In this document: positions 26,966 through 39,253 of the stretch, piece after piece | How positions within the stretch are numbered: position 1 is the stretch's first letter | How the letters are laid out: each line of letters opens with the position of its first letter | IMG/VR virus record: IMGVR_UViG_3300029908_000008 | DNA: 64,000 nt | Reading direction: 5' to 3' (one strand) | Origin: an uncultured virus (IMG/VR IMGVR_UViG_3300029908_000008) | Taxonomy: Duplodnaviria > Heunggongvirae > Uroviricota > Caudoviricetes | Translations under genes and position numbers: made by a program | The notes under the pieces: generated by a model | Database searches by the model: none | What the model was told of the DNA's origin: nothing | The model's input: the letters and a program-made list of their open reading frames with translations, nothing else

Positions 26966-28033
26966 ATGTCATACTCACCCGATACAAGCACTAATATCCT
27001 AAGTAATCAAATTGCTGGTGCTTATCGAACGGTTTTATTAAATTATAACCAAGCAGGACAAGTTGTAAATAATATGCCATTAGTATGCCAGTCTTATACA
27101 AATAACACAACACTAAAATCACAAAACGTTCCGGTTTTTGATGGAAAAGGGATTTCTAATACTTATTATGTTGATGATATTAATGAAACGTTTAATATAG
27201 GAAATACCCCCATATTAATAGGAACTAATCCCACGCCTACAAATCGACATAATTCTGGTATTATAGATGGCCTTGATTTTTATTTTTATAGTATCTATAA
27301 TTTATTTAACCAATCCACATATACTTACAGTATGCCACTAATGAGATCATGTAATTTAAATGTTACAGATAATTCCGCAAATTTCACATTTGATTTAATC
27401 AGTGACGGCATTCGTTCGATTACATCTAATTATCAAAGACAATTATTCATTGACTCTACTAATTATAATATTTTTGATTTTGATGTTAATCAAGTGAGAT
27501 CCGCATATAATAGTGATTTTATTGTCGCATTTGGACCTTATAAATTTTTTATTAAAACACTAAATTATTCTATAACAAATAATATTCGTCAATTTTCATC
27601 TTTAAGACAAACAGCCGGTCCATTTGGACCTATTATAAATTACAATGATGCTAACGATGGCAATTTAGAATTTCAATTTTTAGTTCCTGGCAAACTCACA
27701 ATTATATCAAGTGGTACCGCTGTAGCACAAAAGGAATCATTATATTTTGATCAATGGACTAATTATGATTATAATGGTTATCCAAACATTAATCTCCAAG
27801 ATCCTGGTGTTTTAAATATTATAAAACAACAAATATATGCTTTGTACGGTAATCAATTTGAATTGTATTTTCAATTACAAAATTCAATACTCCCCTTATT
27901 TAGAAATTATATTAACAATGGAATTAGAATTGATTCTGCATATCTCACATCTTTAAATTTGAGTGCCTCTGCAAGTGAATTATTAATTTCTTTTAATATA
28001 TCTTTAAATGCAAGTATTATTCAAAATTCCTGA
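26966..28033 (+). CDS. Putative tail structural protein
   Basis: Similar size and composition to the upstream gene. Confidence 0.55.
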   Translation: MSYSPDTSTNILSNQIAGAYRTVLLNYNQAGQVVNNMPLVCQSYTNNTTLKSQNVPVFDGKGISNTYYVDDINETFNIGNTPILIGTNPTPTNRHNSGIIDGLDFYFYSIYNLFNQSTYTYSMPLMRSCNLNVTDNSANFTFDLISDGIRSITSNYQRQLFIDSTNYNIFDFDVNQVRSAYNSDFIVAFGPYKFFIKTLNYSITNNIRQFSSLRQTAGPFGPIINYNDANDGNLEFQFLVPGKLTIISSGTAVAQKESLYFDQWTNYDYNGYPNINLQDPGVLNIIKQQIYALYGNQFELYFQLQNSILPLFRNYINNGIRIDSAYLTSLNLSASASELLISFNISLNASIIQNS

Positions 28034-28449
28034 TTATAATCATCTTCTATTAAATTTTCAAATAATTCCAATTCATTCCAAGCATTATCTGATATTAATA
28101 AGTCTGTATTATTTATTTTAGAAATAATTAATCCATCAGCAATACTACAATTAAAATATATAGGTTTACTATGTTTTAATAATTTGATTTTAGCATAGCC
28201 TATATTGTCTTTATATTCAGTAATTTCCACATTATTAATCTCATATAATGAAGATTCTAAAAATGTGGAAAGAATTTGGTATATTGTACGGATATGTGCT
28301 AAATCACTATATCCCGTAAAATGGAATGTTAATGCCACTCCTTCAAAATTCTCTACGAATATGTATTTACGCTCTTGGTCTTGGTTTTCTAAAACAACTA
28401 CACAACCGTCATCAGTACTAATAATTTGATTTATTATAATTCTGTGCAT
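28021..28449 (-). CDS. Bifunctional nuclease (DUF151)-like protein, degenerate
   Basis: VVVLE...IFVENFEG.AL...NVEITEYKDNI.YAKI.L...ADGL. Confidence 0.65.
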   Translation of the reverse strand: MHRIIINQIISTDDGCVVVLENQDQERKYIFVENFEGVALTFHFTGYSDLAHIRTIYQILSTFLESSLYEINNVEITEYKDNIGYAKIKLLKHSKPIYFNCSIADGLIISKINNTDLLISDNAWNELELFENLIEDDYNQEF

Positions 28450-29065
28450 ATCTGTACCAAGATTTAAATTTAAGCACTGATGCCGCTGGCTTTTTTGCTT
28501 TTATTTCAGATGAAGTGAAATTTAATACTAGTTTATATACTTGCATTTGGTCATGAAAAATATCAGTGATATTTTTACCCCTTTCTAATCTTTTCCATTT
28601 CGCGTCTTTTGTAATTTTATTTTCCTGATCCATTTTTTTAGGATCTTTCTTTTTTACATCTTCATTAGGGTCTCTTACTCCAGTTTTCCAACCATCCACA
28701 TGTAATCCGTCTTTGTCCCCACCATAACTTACCCAAATATCTTGAGCGATTTCATCCGCGCTTTTCCCAGTATTAAGGGCTCTAACAAGGTTATAATCAT
28801 TTACAATATCCTGCGGTGTAGATAATGCTTTGTAAAATATTTTTGAACTATCGTTAGGATCATCAGCAGGGGCTCCTGGAGCCGCAGGGCTACCGTCTCC
28901 GCCTCCTCCAGGCAATGGAGGCAAACCTCCTCCACCCGGTGGGGGTCCACCTACCCCACCACTAGTGTCTACTGGCGCACCTCCACCAGCATCAGGCGCT
29001 GGTGGAGGTGCGCCACCTGGTGGAGCATCTTGTGAATATTTTTTTCTAAGAAACAATGATGACAT
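28418..29065 (-). CDS. Pro/Gly-rich hypothetical protein with KYSQ motif
   Basis: MSSLFLRKKYSQ then a PG-rich low-complexity tract; C-term WYRYAQ. Confidence 0.8.
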   Translation of the reverse strand: MSSLFLRKKYSQDAPPGGAPPPAPDAGGGAPVDTSGGVGGPPPGGGGLPPLPGGGGDGSPAAPGAPADDPNDSSKIFYKALSTPQDIVNDYNLVRALNTGKSADEIAQDIWVSYGGDKDGLHVDGWKTGVRDPNEDVKKKDPKKMDQENKITKDAKWKRLERGKNITDIFHDQMQVYKLVLNFTSSEIKAKKPAASVLKFKSWYRYAQNYNKSNY

Positions 29066-29071
29066 TTTTAA

Positions 29072-29362
29072 TTATCTTGATAAAGAATCTGAACGATGAG
29101 AAGGTCTTCCAGGCGTGAGATATAATGTAGAAGGATGCCTATCATCGGCATCTATTGGATCATATTTTCCATATTTATCATCATCATTATTAATACAATC
29201 TTTAAATGTGGAAGAGTTTAAAATATCCATTTTGCCATAACTATTGTTGTAATGTGTTAAAAGATCTTTATCCATTAGATTATTTGTATCTTTCCAGCCA
29301 TCCACCCCTTTTTTAGGTAGATACACTTTAAATTGGTCATCTGGTTGTGATAATATGCTCAT
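29072..29362 (-). CDS. Hypothetical protein
   Basis: AAGG-N17-TTTAA promoter motif upstream. Confidence 0.65.
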   Translation of the reverse strand: MSILSQPDDQFKVYLPKKGVDGWKDTNNLMDKDLLTHYNNSYGKMDILNSSTFKDCINNDDDKYGKYDPIDADDRHPSTLYLTPGRPSHRSDSLSR

Positions 29363-29390
29363 AATATTTATATTTTAAAATTTTCCTCCT

Positions 29391-31694
29391 TTAGAACCTT
29401 TTATTAAAAATTTCAGAAGCAATTGATGCTATTTTAGATCGTTCAACTTTGGTAAGAACCATGCTTGCCGCGATATCCATAGGTTTAGACCCATGGACTG
29501 CGCCAGATAAGGCACAACTCCATTTATCTAAATAAGGATTTTCGATTTGAGAAAGATCACCTAAAAGAATTACCTTACTATCTTTGCCACATCTTTCTAC
29601 AACCATTCTACCTGCTCTTTGCGAGATGTTTTGGCTTTCGTCTAAGATAATAATTGCATTTTGGATACTTCGTCCCTGAAGAAATGTCATCGCTTCGATT
29701 TCAATAATACCGTCATCAATCATCTCTTTTAATATGTCGCCAGTTTCTTTAATTGATGAATCTTTCTTCTTTTGGATTAATGTTTCTAGATTATCTTTTG
29801 CAGGGCCAAGCCATGCCATGATTTTTTCATCTTTATTACCAGGAAGAAACCCAATTTCTTGACCCCCAACTGGTACTAGTGGTTTAATGAACACAATTTT
29901 GTCATAAAGCCCGTCATCAATTAGATCCAACGCCACGGCTAAAGAAATAACAGTATTGTGGGTAAGTACGTAATTGCTTGTAACATATAAATGATCTTCA
30001 GCATCAACCATAATACATTGACATTCTTTTTGTCCAATTTCAATAATTTCAGAAATATATCTTGTTGGATAATATTCTTCTACATAATCTTTAATTAGAT
30101 CTAGTTTTCTTTTTAGTTTGAATGGCTGTATCTCATGTGGTAGATTTACGCACAACACATTACATCGTTGTCTATTTTTGTTTTTGCCTTTTAATGTGTG
30201 TTTTACAATGCCCCCTAATGAATTTATAATTTCTTTAAAATCATTTGCTAATTGATCTGAAACTGTAGAATAAATAATTTTATTTTTCTTACTAACAGAC
30301 CCACCTTTATCAAGTATCCCTTGAAGTAATTCAATTCTTTGCTCCACAGATCCATTTTTATAAATTTCTGGAATAAATTTAGAATTAGATTTCTTACCCA
30401 TTAAATTAAGATTTTTAAGTTCGCTTACAATAACATTAGTTTTATCCGCAGAGGCTAATTGAACTTGATTTTGGGTAATTCTCCCATTTCCTAATAAAAT
30501 ACCTAAAACATAAGGATCGATTATAAGTTTTTTTTCTTGGAAATTAACAGGTTTTACAAGTGGAATGAAATGATTTTTCCTACCGTCGTGGCCTTGTAAA
30601 GTATCAATTATTTCTTGTGTAGACTTAACAGTGTAATCCTTTTGTTGTTCGTTTTTTGTTGCCCATAGATGCTCTTTACAGCATTCTACTTCACATCCAT
30701 CAGAAAATATTACTTTCACAAGGTCTTTTAGCCCTTGAGGGTACACGCCTGTAACATTATGAAATTCTCCATCACTACCAGCGACTTTATCACCAATGTT
30801 AATATCGCCCATTCTAATCCAACCATTGTTGGTCAAAATTGGAGCGTCCATATTCAAGCACTTTCCTGAACCGGCTTTTCCAGCAATATTTACCAACTGT
30901 ATACTAGGATCAGAAACAATCTCCATAGCCATTTTTTGTTCTGGGTTCAGTGGTGTAATACCAGAGTATTTATATGATCCGTTATCTTTAAGTATTTTAA
31001 TATACGGTGTATTGTCGATAGAATTTAATTTATACATACCAATAGTATATTGATCTTCGCTTCTATTAAATATGTAAAATTCATTTGGATAACTTGTTGA
31101 AAACTCTTTTTGCAAAGCCGCAGATAATTCAGAAATTTTAACACGATAATCAGAGTTTTTCTTACTTCCTGTAATGATTTCCCAATCTTTATGTGTGTCG
31201 ATTTGAAACTCTCTTACACAATTTAATGCAGAGTCATCAACTAGATCATGTTTTAAATTTTCTGCCGCACACCCCCAGGTAATCGCCCTCATCCTTAAAC
31301 CCATATCTTTAGTTACAATCGCAACTTTTCTTTTAGGATATTTAGCCTTCAATGCTGTACAAACAACAATCAAGGCATTATCTGAGTTAGTCTTAACGAT
31401 ATTCGGCGATTCATTTTTAGACAAAGGTGCTTCATGGTTATACACAAACAGACTGCCTAATCCATCTCCTAATTTAGCGCCTTTCACAGATCTTAGTTCT
31501 TCTAAATCAAATTTTTCTAGTACTCTAAAAACTTCCCTAGCGCTCCAACCTACGGACTCTTTACTAGTCTTTAGGTTGTCTAAGTCATCTAAACAAGCCA
31601 ATGGAAGATATACATCATTTTCTTGGAATTTAAAAATTGCGTAGGGGTCATGAATCAATACACACGTGTCAACGATATAAATGTGCTTTGCCAT
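29391..31694 (-). CDS. phoH: PIN-domain PhoH-family ATPase, intein-interrupted
   Basis: YIVDTCVLIHDP PIN; GKAGSGK|T Walker A; IGFLPG, LQGRSI, ILDESQN, GDLSQIE. Confidence 0.92.
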   Translation of the reverse strand: MAKHIYIVDTCVLIHDPYAIFKFQENDVYLPLACLDDLDNLKTSKESVGWSAREVFRVLEKFDLEELRSVKGAKLGDGLGSLFVYNHEAPLSKNESPNIVKTNSDNALIVVCTALKAKYPKRKVAIVTKDMGLRMRAITWGCAAENLKHDLVDDSALNCVREFQIDTHKDWEIITGSKKNSDYRVKISELSAALQKEFSTSYPNEFYIFNRSEDQYTIGMYKLNSIDNTPYIKILKDNGSYKYSGITPLNPEQKMAMEIVSDPSIQLVNIAGKAGSGKCLNMDAPILTNNGWIRMGDINIGDKVAGSDGEFHNVTGVYPQGLKDLVKVIFSDGCEVECCKEHLWATKNEQQKDYTVKSTQEIIDTLQGHDGRKNHFIPLVKPVNFQEKKLIIDPYVLGILLGNGRITQNQVQLASADKTNVIVSELKNLNLMGKKSNSKFIPEIYKNGSVEQRIELLQGILDKGGSVSKKNKIIYSTVSDQLANDFKEIINSLGGIVKHTLKGKNKNRQRCNVLCVNLPHEIQPFKLKRKLDLIKDYVEEYYPTRYISEIIEIGQKECQCIMVDAEDHLYVTSNYVLTHNTVISLAVALDLIDDGLYDKIVFIKPLVPVGGQEIGFLPGNKDEKIMAWLGPAKDNLETLIQKKKDSSIKETGDILKEMIDDGIIEIEAMTFLQGRSIQNAIIILDESQNISQRAGRMVVERCGKDSKVILLGDLSQIENPYLDKWSCALSGAVHGSKPMDIAASMVLTKVERSKIASIASEIFNKRF
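29955..30860 (-). mobile_element. 302-aa intein with degenerate LAGLIDADG endonuclease
   Basis: CLNMDAPILT...EHLW...YVLTHN|T; LGILLGNG and LQGILDKGG blocks. Confidence 0.9.
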
Positions 31695-31702
31695 ATTAAG
31701 TT

Positions 31703-32632
31703 TTAATTAACCTTCTTCTTCTTAATTACCTGTGTGGTAATTCTTTGTATTGGATTCCTTTTGATAGTTTTAATAAAATCTGCCGCACTCTCATTTTCTT
31801 CGTATTTAGGGGTTTTAAGTGCAAATAGTTTATTTAAAGTATTTTTATCAAAAGTTTTTAACTCAGATTCTGTTACGGTTTTTTTAATATTGATATTATT
31901 ATCTACATAATTACCATTTTTAATATCTTCAATATTTTTAGGAAGATTATCTAGATATAATAATGCCTGCTTTTGGTTAGTGGTTTGTAAGACTATCAAG
32001 TCCTCATATGAAATAGATTTTAATTTAGGATAAATTAAATATTCGTTTGATTCAGGATCTTTCAATGCATAAGTATGGTCTAATGTGCGTTTTAAAGTTT
32101 TAGATGGGAAATACAAGTATAATTTGAAAGGCATTGTATGTTCAAAATTCTGGCCATTAGTAAGCGAAAGAATTTCGTCCTCATTATAAACAATTGAAAA
32201 TGTAAGTGGGACCTCATCAATTTTTAATTCAAAAACCCAATGATATCCATGTTCTTGAATTTCTGGTGAAAATGCAATGTTTACATTTAATATTTCGGCT
32301 ATTTTTTTTGCATACATATTACCAAAAATTCCTGCGCTTGTGTTGGGATTATAAGTAAAATATTTAGTCCAATCAATATCAAATTTAGAATCACTAAAAT
32401 ATGACACTTCATTACCATCATATTCATTTCTCATAAATTCATCGCCCAATACAGTAATAGAACGTAAAAGCAATTTGAATTTTTCAGGATCACCGCCTCT
32501 ATCCGGATGATATTTAGGGGCTAATTCTTGAAATTTTGAATCAAGAATTTCTTTTAATAGTAATCTATTTTCTTTTGTTTCGTGATTAGGTAAATCAACC
32601 GGATTTATACCTAGAAATTCATAATAATTCAC
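31703..32632 (-). CDS. J-domain protein
   Basis: NYYEFLGI...KYHPDRGGDPEKFK...R.EYD; TGTATAAC-N6-GTG. Confidence 0.85.
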   Translation of the reverse strand: MNYYEFLGINPVDLPNHETKENRLLLKEILDSKFQELAPKYHPDRGGDPEKFKLLLRSITVLGDEFMRNEYDGNEVSYFSDSKFDIDWTKYFTYNPNTSAGIFGNMYAKKIAEILNVNIAFSPEIQEHGYHWVFELKIDEVPLTFSIVYNEDEILSLTNGQNFEHTMPFKLYLYFPSKTLKRTLDHTYALKDPESNEYLIYPKLKSISYEDLIVLQTTNQKQALLYLDNLPKNIEDIKNGNYVDNNINIKKTVTESELKTFDKNTLNKLFALKTPKYEENESAADFIKTIKRNPIQRITTQVIKKKKVN

Positions 32633-32647
32633 TCTTATGTTATACAG

Positions 32648-32899
32648 TTAGTTCAAATTAATTGGAAGTTCATCAATAATTTTTTGCACATTTCTCTCCA
32701 TATTTTCATTTCTAATGTCCCACAATGAACCTTTGTATTTTTTAACATAATTATATGCGCGTTTTTTTAGAATTGATAATTGTTGAGAAGATGGAAAAAT
32801 ATGATTTTTATACCAATATTCTTTATTAATTTTAGTTTCTAATAAAGAATCGGCTAAATTATAGAATGCTTTTTCAGCGGAAGCATATTTGTACCACAT
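32648..32899 (-). CDS. Small protein with MWYKYAS start
   Basis: Short form of the [KR]xA motif. Confidence 0.7.
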   Translation of the reverse strand: MWYKYASAEKAFYNLADSLLETKINKEYWYKNHIFPSSQQLSILKKRAYNYVKKYKGSLWDIRNENMERNVQKIIDELPINLN

Positions 32900-32901
32900 T
32901 T

Positions 32902-33105
32902 TTAAACTTCCTTATTTTCGCAATAAGCGACATTTGGACTTGGGACTGTTACAAGAATCACATCTGATTCTTCAGAATCTTCTATATAATAACTGTCTTT
33001 TGAAATATGTAATATGCCTTCATATGGCCCCAAAGTAGTTTGAGGACTATAAATTGTAATCTTCCAAAAACCATATCCTCTATTATATAAGGAATTTTCT
33101 GCCAT
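32902..33105 (-). CDS. Hypothetical protein
   Basis: 67-aa ORF; AGTATAAT-N9-ATG. Confidence 0.6.
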   Translation of the reverse strand: MAENSLYNRGYGFWKITIYSPQTTLGPYEGILHISKDSYYIEDSEESDVILVTVPSPNVAYCENKEV

Positions 33106-33123
33106 ATGTTTAATATTATACTA

Positions 33124-35478
33124 ATGGAAAGAAAATTCCTTCGTGATTATAACATAAAGAAGGCGCAAAATGCATGCGGTATTGGTTTATCAGTAAATGC
33201 AACAAAATTTGTGGATGAGTTAATTAATAGAATTCCTGCCACATCATCTGATATTGGCCATGTAAAAGAAATTATCTGTAAAGCCGCACAATCCATTCCT
33301 GAGGATTTTTATAATGATATATCTCATTATGGAGACATACGAAAGATTATTGGTGACTCCATTCTTGGTGGTGCTGATTTAAATGATGTGATAAGCATTA
33401 TTAATAATTTAAATAAAATTCTTCAAGAACTACAGAATATTGCTTCAGCATCTGCTATTTTAGATGTAAAATATGATGATATTATTAGTTATGCTCAAAC
33501 TAAAAAAGTATTGTCATCTGAATTAATTCCTGAAAATTTAAAAGACCAGCAAGATTTAGTACTTGCAACTCAAGGTATGGGATCTTTATTGGTTCAAGCA
33601 TCTAATATTTATCTTACAATGCCACAAGAGGATTCGTCTGATCCTCAATTTGTTTATAAATTTATAATTGATTGTTTCGCATTATTATATAGAGACGTAG
33701 AAAAAATTAGTTCTGGGCTCAAACAATTATCAGGGATTAAAAAAGAAGCATTATCCTATATGAATGTTTTTGAGGCTTTAGATGACGCCGTAAATTTACG
33801 AAGTACTAATAAATTAGGAATATTACTTGCATATATGAACGCTTTATTTCCTGATCAAGAACAAAAAATGTTTGAAATTTTAGAATTACTACTTCAACCT
33901 GTATTAAATACATTGGGTATTGCTATTGAAAAACAAACATCTAATTTAAAAGGTTCTAAAGGAGAATCAGATGCTGTCAATCTTGCTTTAAATAGCATTC
34001 AAGTTGATTCATATTACGCAAGATGGTTAATGTCAATGAAGGGTATTTTACAAAAAATGTCCGAACAAAGTACAATTGATTCGCTTAATACCACTACAAT
34101 GATGCAACTAGGAAATTATTTATATTTCCTTACAGCCGATGAATTAAAAAATATTAAAGGCAATTCATCAAACAGTATTGGTCAGCAAAGAAAATCTTCA
34201 ATAAATAATTTGAAATTCCGTAGAATTGCTTCTATTGCTGATTTTACTGATTTTTTCAGCCACGCATCACATTGGTTAGCCAATTGGTTAACAGATTCAG
34301 GTGCTAGTCAATCACTAAGAATGGTTCCACAAGAACAAGATGCTAGAGGTGCGTTGAATAATTATGTTGTAAATGATGAAATTGGGCGTAATTTAGACAT
34401 GTCTTTGCAATCTGCTGTACGGGCCTCTGCGCCCGCAGATACATCGGTACAAGATATACAATCTTATACGAGACAATTAGAAAATCAAATTGTTACATAT
34501 TATTTCAATAAAATGAAAGATGCGAATCCTCCGATTACCACAGCAAAACAATTTTCTGATTGGATTATTACTAATTCTGGAACAGATGCTTTAAATGATT
34601 TTTATCGTTTTTACACTGATACAATTCTTAAACAATTAACGCCAAATAGTCCTGATTACGGCGCTGGAGTTCAAAAAGGGATACACAAAGAACTTTCTGG
34701 TTTAGCAAAAAATTATCAACAGCCGTTAAATAGTTTAGAATTATTATTAAGTAATTTTCAAGTGATGTTTACTACATTTAATAACAGTGTAACAAATATT
34801 TCTCCAAAATCTTCAAATACTTCGTTATTTCCAGATACTGATATTCTTTTCGGAGATGTAATTTTTAAAGATCTTGATGCTTTAATTGAGCAAGGTCAAA
34901 AAGTCATAGAGCAATCTAAGATTGTTTTTGGCAGGATAATTTCAGATATTGGTTCATCACAAATCACTGACCCTAAATCAGAATATTCTTTACAATTGAA
35001 ATCTATGATTAATGCTGATGTTGTGAAAATCATTACTATGATGCGCGATATTCAAACATCTATCAAAAAATCCATTGAATTAGAACCAAATGTAAAATTA
35101 AAAGTAATTGATTCTTCATTAAACAATTTAATGAAACAATCAGAATTATTAAAACAAACGAACCCTTATCTAGCCAATATGTTTGGTGTTGCTATTGCAA
35201 GTAAAGAAAATCAAGCGATTTTAATTTTAGAAGACTTTATGCATGATTTAAGAGGAAATAAATACTTTACTGAGTTTACAAAAATGTTAGATGAAATAGA
35301 AAAAGACAGCATTATGCAAACTTTTTTTGGCAATAAAGTAGAGGCCATTACTGGTAAACTGTACAATGGTTTTAATGGTTTTTTTGATTCTGTAGAGAAC
35401 AATGTTCAAAGTTTAATTGCTGATCGTAGAATGAGGTCTATAATTGAAATGCAAAAATCAGGATTAATTAAGAGGTAA
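33124..35478 (+). CDS. Large helical protein, putative internal virion protein
   Basis: Start reassigned to ATG 33124 (MERKFLRDYNIKKAQ), 35 nt after AAGG(33089); internal KFRRIAS. Confidence 0.8.
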   Translation: MERKFLRDYNIKKAQNACGIGLSVNATKFVDELINRIPATSSDIGHVKEIICKAAQSIPEDFYNDISHYGDIRKIIGDSILGGADLNDVISIINNLNKILQELQNIASASAILDVKYDDIISYAQTKKVLSSELIPENLKDQQDLVLATQGMGSLLVQASNIYLTMPQEDSSDPQFVYKFIIDCFALLYRDVEKISSGLKQLSGIKKEALSYMNVFEALDDAVNLRSTNKLGILLAYMNALFPDQEQKMFEILELLLQPVLNTLGIAIEKQTSNLKGSKGESDAVNLALNSIQVDSYYARWLMSMKGILQKMSEQSTIDSLNTTTMMQLGNYLYFLTADELKNIKGNSSNSIGQQRKSSINNLKFRRIASIADFTDFFSHASHWLANWLTDSGASQSLRMVPQEQDARGALNNYVVNDEIGRNLDMSLQSAVRASAPADTSVQDIQSYTRQLENQIVTYYFNKMKDANPPITTAKQFSDWIITNSGTDALNDFYRFYTDTILKQLTPNSPDYGAGVQKGIHKELSGLAKNYQQPLNSLELLLSNFQVMFTTFNNSVTNISPKSSNTSLFPDTDILFGDVIFKDLDALIEQGQKVIEQSKIVFGRIISDIGSSQITDPKSEYSLQLKSMINADVVKIITMMRDIQTSIKKSIELEPNVKLKVIDSSLNNLMKQSELLKQTNPYLANMFGVAIASKENQAILILEDFMHDLRGNKYFTEFTKMLDEIEKDSIMQTFFGNKVEAITGKLYNGFNGFFDSVENNVQSLIADRRMRSIIEMQKSGLIKR

Positions 35479-35485
35479 AATAATA

Positions 35486-35890
35486 ATGGCATTTTTTAAA
35501 AGAAGTTTAGATGAAAGTCAAATTATTCCGCAAAACACTGATGATAATCAAGCAATTGCTAATTTAATTACAGACATGGACATAGATATTTTAAACCAAA
35601 TGTCTGTTTTTTTGAAAAATAAAATTAATGATATTTCTGATACTCAACAAATTACAAATTTATTTCTAAATGTTATTAAAGATAATACTGTAAGCACCGG
35701 AGATCCAATACTCGCATCTAAAGATAAAATTGATTTAATGTTAAAGGCCGAAGATGATCGTAAAATGCTCGAAAATTTAAAAAATCAATTATCTCCAGAG
35801 GTGCAAAAATTTATTAAAACTAGATTAGTAGATTTTCAGAATAAAATTAAAGAATATAATATTGATGGTTCTTTTTCCTTAATACCATAA
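35486..35890 (+). CDS. Hypothetical protein
   Basis: 134-aa ORF with GAGG SD-like sequence. Confidence 0.7.
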   Translation: MAFFKRSLDESQIIPQNTDDNQAIANLITDMDIDILNQMSVFLKNKINDISDTQQITNLFLNVIKDNTVSTGDPILASKDKIDLMLKAEDDRKMLENLKNQLSPEVQKFIKTRLVDFQNKIKEYNIDGSFSLIP

Positions 35891-35898
35891 TTTAAATC

Positions 35899-37419
<1,521 letters not shown>

Positions 37420-37446
37420 AAAATAATAAAATTGTATAAATTCATT

Positions 37447-38310
37447 ATGCAGTTGCCGTTACCGATACAGGATGGGTCTTGTGCTAAAGATTGTCCTTTT
37501 TATGTTAAAGGAGGCGATAATACATTAGGATGTTTACTGAAAGAGACTATACCAAAAAAAAATTGGAATAATATTATTCAGCATGAATTATCTAAAGAAT
37601 TTGAAAAAGAATATCAAATGGATTGTGAAGGCATATTTGAAAAATGCTGTTTTGCTAATGAAATATGGGATGATTCGGTTAATAACGAACAAATAACAAT
37701 AAAAGAGGACAATGAGGAAATAATGAGCAATAATGATGAATCAATGAATGACACTGATGTTAAAATAACTATACACAAAGTTCAAAATCCATATCAAATT
37801 AAATGTGATGTGCTGATTTATCCTACGAATAATTTATTAGAGATTAAAGACGCGGCATTGAATAGAATGAGTAGGAATAGGGTTCAAGCAGAATGTGACC
37901 ATTATCTAAAAAGTAATTCTATTAAAATGGGTCATGTATACCCAACATCAAATGGATCTGCTCAAATTTCAGCAAAAAAAATATATCATGCAGTTGTGGC
38001 TGGTGAATCACTGTTAATTAATGATGTAGACATCTCTAATACTATCAGAAAGTCTTTAATTTTAGCAGATAATGAAGAGGCTGAAATTGTAGCAATACTT
38101 GTTCCAGATGTTGGTCAGATTAATAATTTGACTGATAAAGGCGAATATTCTTCTTATGAGTTACTGGCTAACGCACAGTTAAATACATTGTATCAATATT
38201 TAATGAACATCGGCGTAGATTATATTAAATATATTTTAGTGCTTACTGAAAGCCAAATCGCTTATGACATTTATGTAGATCAATTTTCTAGAACTTTTAG
38301 CGAGGATTAG
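37447..38310 (+). CDS. Macro-domain-like protein with Cys-rich N-terminus
   Basis: KCDVLIYPTNNLL...G.VYPTSNG...AKKIYHAV...SLILAD...IVA; no GGG loop; TGTATAAA-N6-ATG(37447). Confidence 0.7.
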   Translation: MQLPLPIQDGSCAKDCPFYVKGGDNTLGCLLKETIPKKNWNNIIQHELSKEFEKEYQMDCEGIFEKCCFANEIWDDSVNNEQITIKEDNEEIMSNNDESMNDTDVKITIHKVQNPYQIKCDVLIYPTNNLLEIKDAALNRMSRNRVQAECDHYLKSNSIKMGHVYPTSNGSAQISAKKIYHAVVAGESLLINDVDISNTIRKSLILADNEEAEIVAILVPDVGQINNLTDKGEYSSYELLANAQLNTLYQYLMNIGVDYIKYILVLTESQIAYDIYVDQFSRTFSED

Positions 38311-38515
38311 AAACTAATTTTTCTTTACATTCATCGCATACCCAAAATGCTACATATTTAGGATTTTTACCACTAAAATCGAACATCGGCCTGTGATGTT
38401 TACAAAATGCCCTGTCACACACATCACATTTTGCTTTACCCCATGGTTTTATAGTGTAGCCACATTGAGGGCATACTGGATTATCATCTTTGTCTGTTAG
38501 TAAATTATTTATCAT
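38297..38515 (-). CDS. Small zinc-finger protein
   Basis: CPQC, CDVC, CKHH, CDEC. Confidence 0.7.
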   Translation of the reverse strand: MINNLLTDKDDNPVCPQCGYTIKPWGKAKCDVCDRAFCKHHRPMFDFSGKNPKYVAFWVCDECKEKLVSNPR

Positions 38516-38864
38516 TTTTTGGTTTTAATGATTGAGAAACCCCAGGGATCATTCCTTCATTTAATTCTTCTAAAATATTTGTATTTTCAGATAGATTTTT
38601 TTTCATATTATCAGTTTCTTCTTTAGTTATTTTAGAGTTTAATATAATAATTGATTTTTCAGGTAATTTATCATAATATTGTTGTGCCTCACCTAAATTT
38701 TGAGCAATTTTAAAAATACTTTTACATTTATTGCATTTTAATATAGTATAGACCTCTGTTTCATTTCTTGGTGACCATCCTAAAAAACAATTTTTATTAA
38801 AAATATCTCTACAATTTGTATTACAGCAAACTTTTGGAACACCATAAATAAAGGCAGATCGCAT
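38505..38864 (-). CDS. Zinc-ribbon hypothetical protein
   Basis: CCNTNC...CNKC. Confidence 0.65.
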   Translation of the reverse strand: MRSAFIYGVPKVCCNTNCRDIFNKNCFLGWSPRNETEVYTILKCNKCKSIFKIAQNLGEAQQYYDKLPEKSIIILNSKITKEETDNMKKNLSENTNILEELNEGMIPGVSQSLKPKNDK

Positions 38865-38887
38865 ATTAATATATAATTAAACATCAT

Positions 38888-39253
38888 ATGCTGAAATTCC
38901 TAAATAAACATAAGGATTTATTTTTTAATATATCAAAAATAACAGGAATATTAATTTGTTTGTTTTGTTTGAATTTTCACAGCATATGGATCAATATATT
39001 GATTATAATAATTACAGGTTTTATTTTTATAAATCATAGAAAAACCCCATTTAAAGCCCTTTCTAATATAAAGCCAAATTTTATAGATACACTTTCTAAA
39101 AGCCCTGGTTTAATTGCTTTTTTTACTACATTACTTAATTTATTTAAAAATAATCAAGACATCGCGAGTGATTTTAAACAAGCGATTATAATGGGTATTC
39201 TAATACATCTAGCAACATTAAACAATTTGAATAATAATGGCAATCACAAATAA
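38888..39253 (+). CDS. Small membrane protein (holin-like candidate)
   Basis: Several hydrophobic segments in 121 aa, at the head of the tail cluster. Confidence 0.5.
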   Translation: MLKFLNKHKDLFFNISKITGILICLFCLNFHSIWINILIIIITGFIFINHRKTPFKALSNIKPNFIDTLSKSPGLIAFFTTLLNLFKNNQDIASDFKQAIIMGILIHLATLNNLNNNGNHK

